Positions 23,320 through 24,757 of a stretch of 24,757 bases of DNA are shown here, in pieces. Numbering within the stretch: position 1 is the stretch's first letter; each line of letters starts with the position of its first letter. The stretch is from the IMG/VR virus record IMGVR_UViG_3300014169_000023, positions 1 to 24,757 of that record; one strand, given 5' to 3'. Below the pieces are notes generated by a model that was given only the letters and a program-made list of their open reading frames with translations, did not search any database and had not been told where the DNA came from. The stretch comes from a virus. Taxonomy: Duplodnaviria > Caudoviricetes. Both the position numbers and the translations under genes were made by a program.

Positions 23320-23538
23320 TCAGTCACTCCCGCCGGTGTGCTTGATAGAAAGCTCAGGGGCGGACGGATTGGACGGCGCGCCGCCTGGTGAGGCCGCCTC
23401 GTTCGCAAGGCGGGACATAGACGACTTGCGCGTGCCCCACTCAAAGGTATCCATCGCCACCTTGATGATCTGCGGGTCGGTGTCGATCAGCGTGTTGTAG
23501 TTCGGCGGGTACCAGGGGCGTCCACGTGATTCGGCCAT
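23320..23538 (-). CDS. Small head-module protein (72 aa)
   Basis: AGGAG SD. Tightly packed between its neighbours. Confidence 0.7.
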   Translation of the reverse strand: MAESRGRPWYPPNYNTLIDTDPQIIKVAMDTFEWGTRKSSMSRLANEAASPGGAPSNPSAPELSIKHTGGSD

Positions 23539-23549
23539 CGTCTTTTCTC

Positions 23550-23948
23550 CTATGCAGGGGGCATTGCGGGGGCGGCGCCAGTACCCGGTGGCCCCGGACC
23601 GCCACCGCCCCCAGCTCCCGCCCCGCCGAGCGAGCGCATGACAGCATCAAGCGCGGCGTTCTTGCCGGCCCCTTGCTGTAGATCGCGAAGCGCGGTCTGC
23701 TGCATCCCTGGAACTTCCGCGGATGCAGGAACGTGCTTCGAAAGGCCCTGTATTGCGGATTGAACCGACTTGAACGGGTCCGACCCGATCGGCATTTCGG
23801 GCAGCGCCTCGATCAAAATCTTCACCGCTTCCCTGACTTTTGCCATGCCGGCCGCTTGAGCGCCTGGGCTGGCGCTGGGAACGGAAATAGGACCGGCCCC
23901 AATTGGGGGTCGGCCCGTCATTTGCGGCGATGGCATGGGCATCGGCAT
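23550..23948 (-). CDS. Pro/Gly-rich head-module protein with central helical hairpin
   Basis: AGMAKVREAVKILIEALP...KSVQSAIQGLSKHV is flanked by low-complexity Pro/Gly tails. The protein starts MPMPMP, giving three possible in-frame ATGs. Confidence 0.72.
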   Translation of the reverse strand: MPMPMPSPQMTGRPPIGAGPISVPSASPGAQAAGMAKVREAVKILIEALPEMPIGSDPFKSVQSAIQGLSKHVPASAEVPGMQQTALRDLQQGAGKNAALDAVMRSLGGAGAGGGGGPGPPGTGAAPAMPPA

Positions 23949-23952
23949 GCGG

Positions 23953-23991
23953 GTTTCGATCCACGCCTACGGCCCGTGAGCCGTAGGCGAC
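23953..23991 (-). ncRNA. Solitary type I-C CRISPR-repeat-like unit with extended stem (no array)
   Basis: GTCGCCTACGGCTCACGGGCCGTAGGCGTGGATCGAAAC: 5' GTCGC, CTCACGGG loop region and 3' GCGTGGATCGAAAC handle, with a perfect 10-bp stem (23964-23973 / 23980-23989). Confidence 0.55.
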
Positions 23992-24012
23992 ATCTTGTCA
24001 AGCGCCACTGAA

Positions 24013-24060
24013 TTACTTCCGGCGGTGCTTGCGGCCCCGGCGATTGCGTTCGGTATTCAT
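24013..24060 (-). CDS. Arg/Lys-rich micropeptide MNTERNRRGRKHRRK (15 aa)
   Basis: ATG...TAA, preceded by AGGAAG-TAAAGCC. Paralogous to the adjacent micro-ORF. Confidence 0.65.
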   Translation of the reverse strand: MNTERNRRGRKHRRK

Positions 24061-24064
24061 GGCT

Positions 24065-24109
24065 TTACTTCCTTCGCATTTTGCGGCCGCGCCGCGCGTG
24101 AGTGATCAT
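24065..24109 (-). CDS. Arg/Lys-rich micropeptide MITHARRGRKMRRK (14 aa)
   Basis: ATG...TAA, preceded by GGAG-AAGCAAGCC. Shares RRGRKxRRK* with its neighbour. Confidence 0.65.
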   Translation of the reverse strand: MITHARRGRKMRRK

Positions 24110-24168
24110 GGCTTGCTTCTCCAGCAACGGCACGGGGGACCAAGATTACCCGGCCGGACGTGAAGACG

Positions 24169-24756
24169 CTACTTGTGGCTCTTACCTTTGGTTGCGAGTT
24201 CCGGATGCTTCTCCGCAAACGCCGCCTGGGCCTTCGCCCGCTTTCGCGCCTTCATCGCAAGAGTATCTTCATGCGGCGGGTGTGTCAACATAATCAGATC
24301 TTCTGCATCGATTGCGCCCATTTTCATCAGGGCGAACGCCTTTTTCTCCGCATCCTCCATAAAAGCGGGGCTGGCGGTATGCGAATCAACGGTTACCCTG
24401 GCGTTGTCCGGGAGTTGCTTCAGGACGAACGTGGACGGCTTTTCATCGGCGCCGACGTAGCCAATGAGTTCCGCGTTTTTGGCCTGTTCCATCTTGAGGC
24501 AAAAATCACCGTCCTCCACGCATTGACGCTCGACAAGAAGCGCCCTGTCCCGCATTCGTGGCGAAGCATTTCTTGCCAGCGTCTGTGCATGAGAACCCGC
24601 ACGGACACCAGGTTCACTCTGGCCCTGCATAATTGGCATAAAACCGGCGATCTCATCGAACATTTCGATGGTCTTTTCGAGCCGGACGAAGAGCTGATCC
24701 GGGATTTTGGGCGCGAGGTCTTCGATCTTGGCATTCGGGCTTTCCTCCGAGGCAAA
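24169..24756 (-). CDS. Portal protein, C-terminal part (truncated by window edge)
   Basis: Frame is open to the window edge (FASEESPNAKIEDLAPKIP...). Contains MQGQSEPGVRAG.HAQTL, RMRDRALLVERQ, VTVDSHTASP and GAIDAEDLI. First gene of the head module. Confidence 0.8.
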   Translation of the reverse strand, partial: FASEESPNAKIEDLAPKIPDQLFVRLEKTIEMFDEIAGFMPIMQGQSEPGVRAGSHAQTLARNASPRMRDRALLVERQCVEDGDFCLKMEQAKNAELIGYVGADEKPSTFVLKQLPDNARVTVDSHTASPAFMEDAEKKAFALMKMGAIDAEDLIMLTHPPHEDTLAMKARKRAKAQAAFAEKHPELATKGKSHK

Positions 24757-24757
24757 C

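Larger units (their letters stand above)
1..24757. mobile_element. Podovirus-like tailed phage / prophage segment
   Basis: Continuous portal-scaffold-capsid-adaptor-nozzle-fibre-ejection-lysis synteny converging on a Sak recombination module. No tape-measure, sheath or host genes. Confidence 0.92.

Noticed and set aside
1-24757. tRNA/rRNA genes, integrase/att sites, stop-codon recoding
   Set aside because: No cloverleaf with T-loop/anticodon arm was recognised and there is no integrase. Genes tile the window under the standard code with all three stop codons in use.

Overview
The window is about 25 kb of a GC-rich (roughly 60%) tailed-phage or prophage genome with podovirus-type gene order, probably from a proteobacterial host (an inference). 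It has two convergent arms. The + strand (1-3785) carries early/middle recombination and nucleotide genes: a Rad52/Sak single-strand annealing protein, a DUF1367-like protein, a DUF968-like Zn/HNH-type protein, a HAD phosphatase with a HicB-like tail, and small ORFs. The - strand (24757 to 3718) is one late operon in this order: portal C-terminus, two Arg/Lys-rich micro-ORFs, small head proteins, scaffold, HNH, major capsid, decoration-like protein, HNH-AP2, head-tail adaptor, nozzle, fibre, three ejection-type proteins, membrane and beta-rich proteins, a second fibre with accessories, and a lysis-like cassette. The main unexplained signals are: (1) four late genes, including a 680-aa fibre-like protein, that begin with classical Sec signal peptides, three of them with paired cysteines; (2) a solitary, stem-extended type I-C CRISPR-repeat-like unit behind the portal (candidate RNA anti-CRISPR); (3) two tandem protamine-like micropeptide ORFs missed by the ORF track; (4) A/T3-rich codon tracts at the 5' ends of the genes directly downstream of both homing endonucleases; (5) one ~80-aa beta domain found in three different virion proteins; (6) a GH108-like lysin that has lost its catalytic motifs. 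All functional calls come from motif recognition and synteny. No database search was run.
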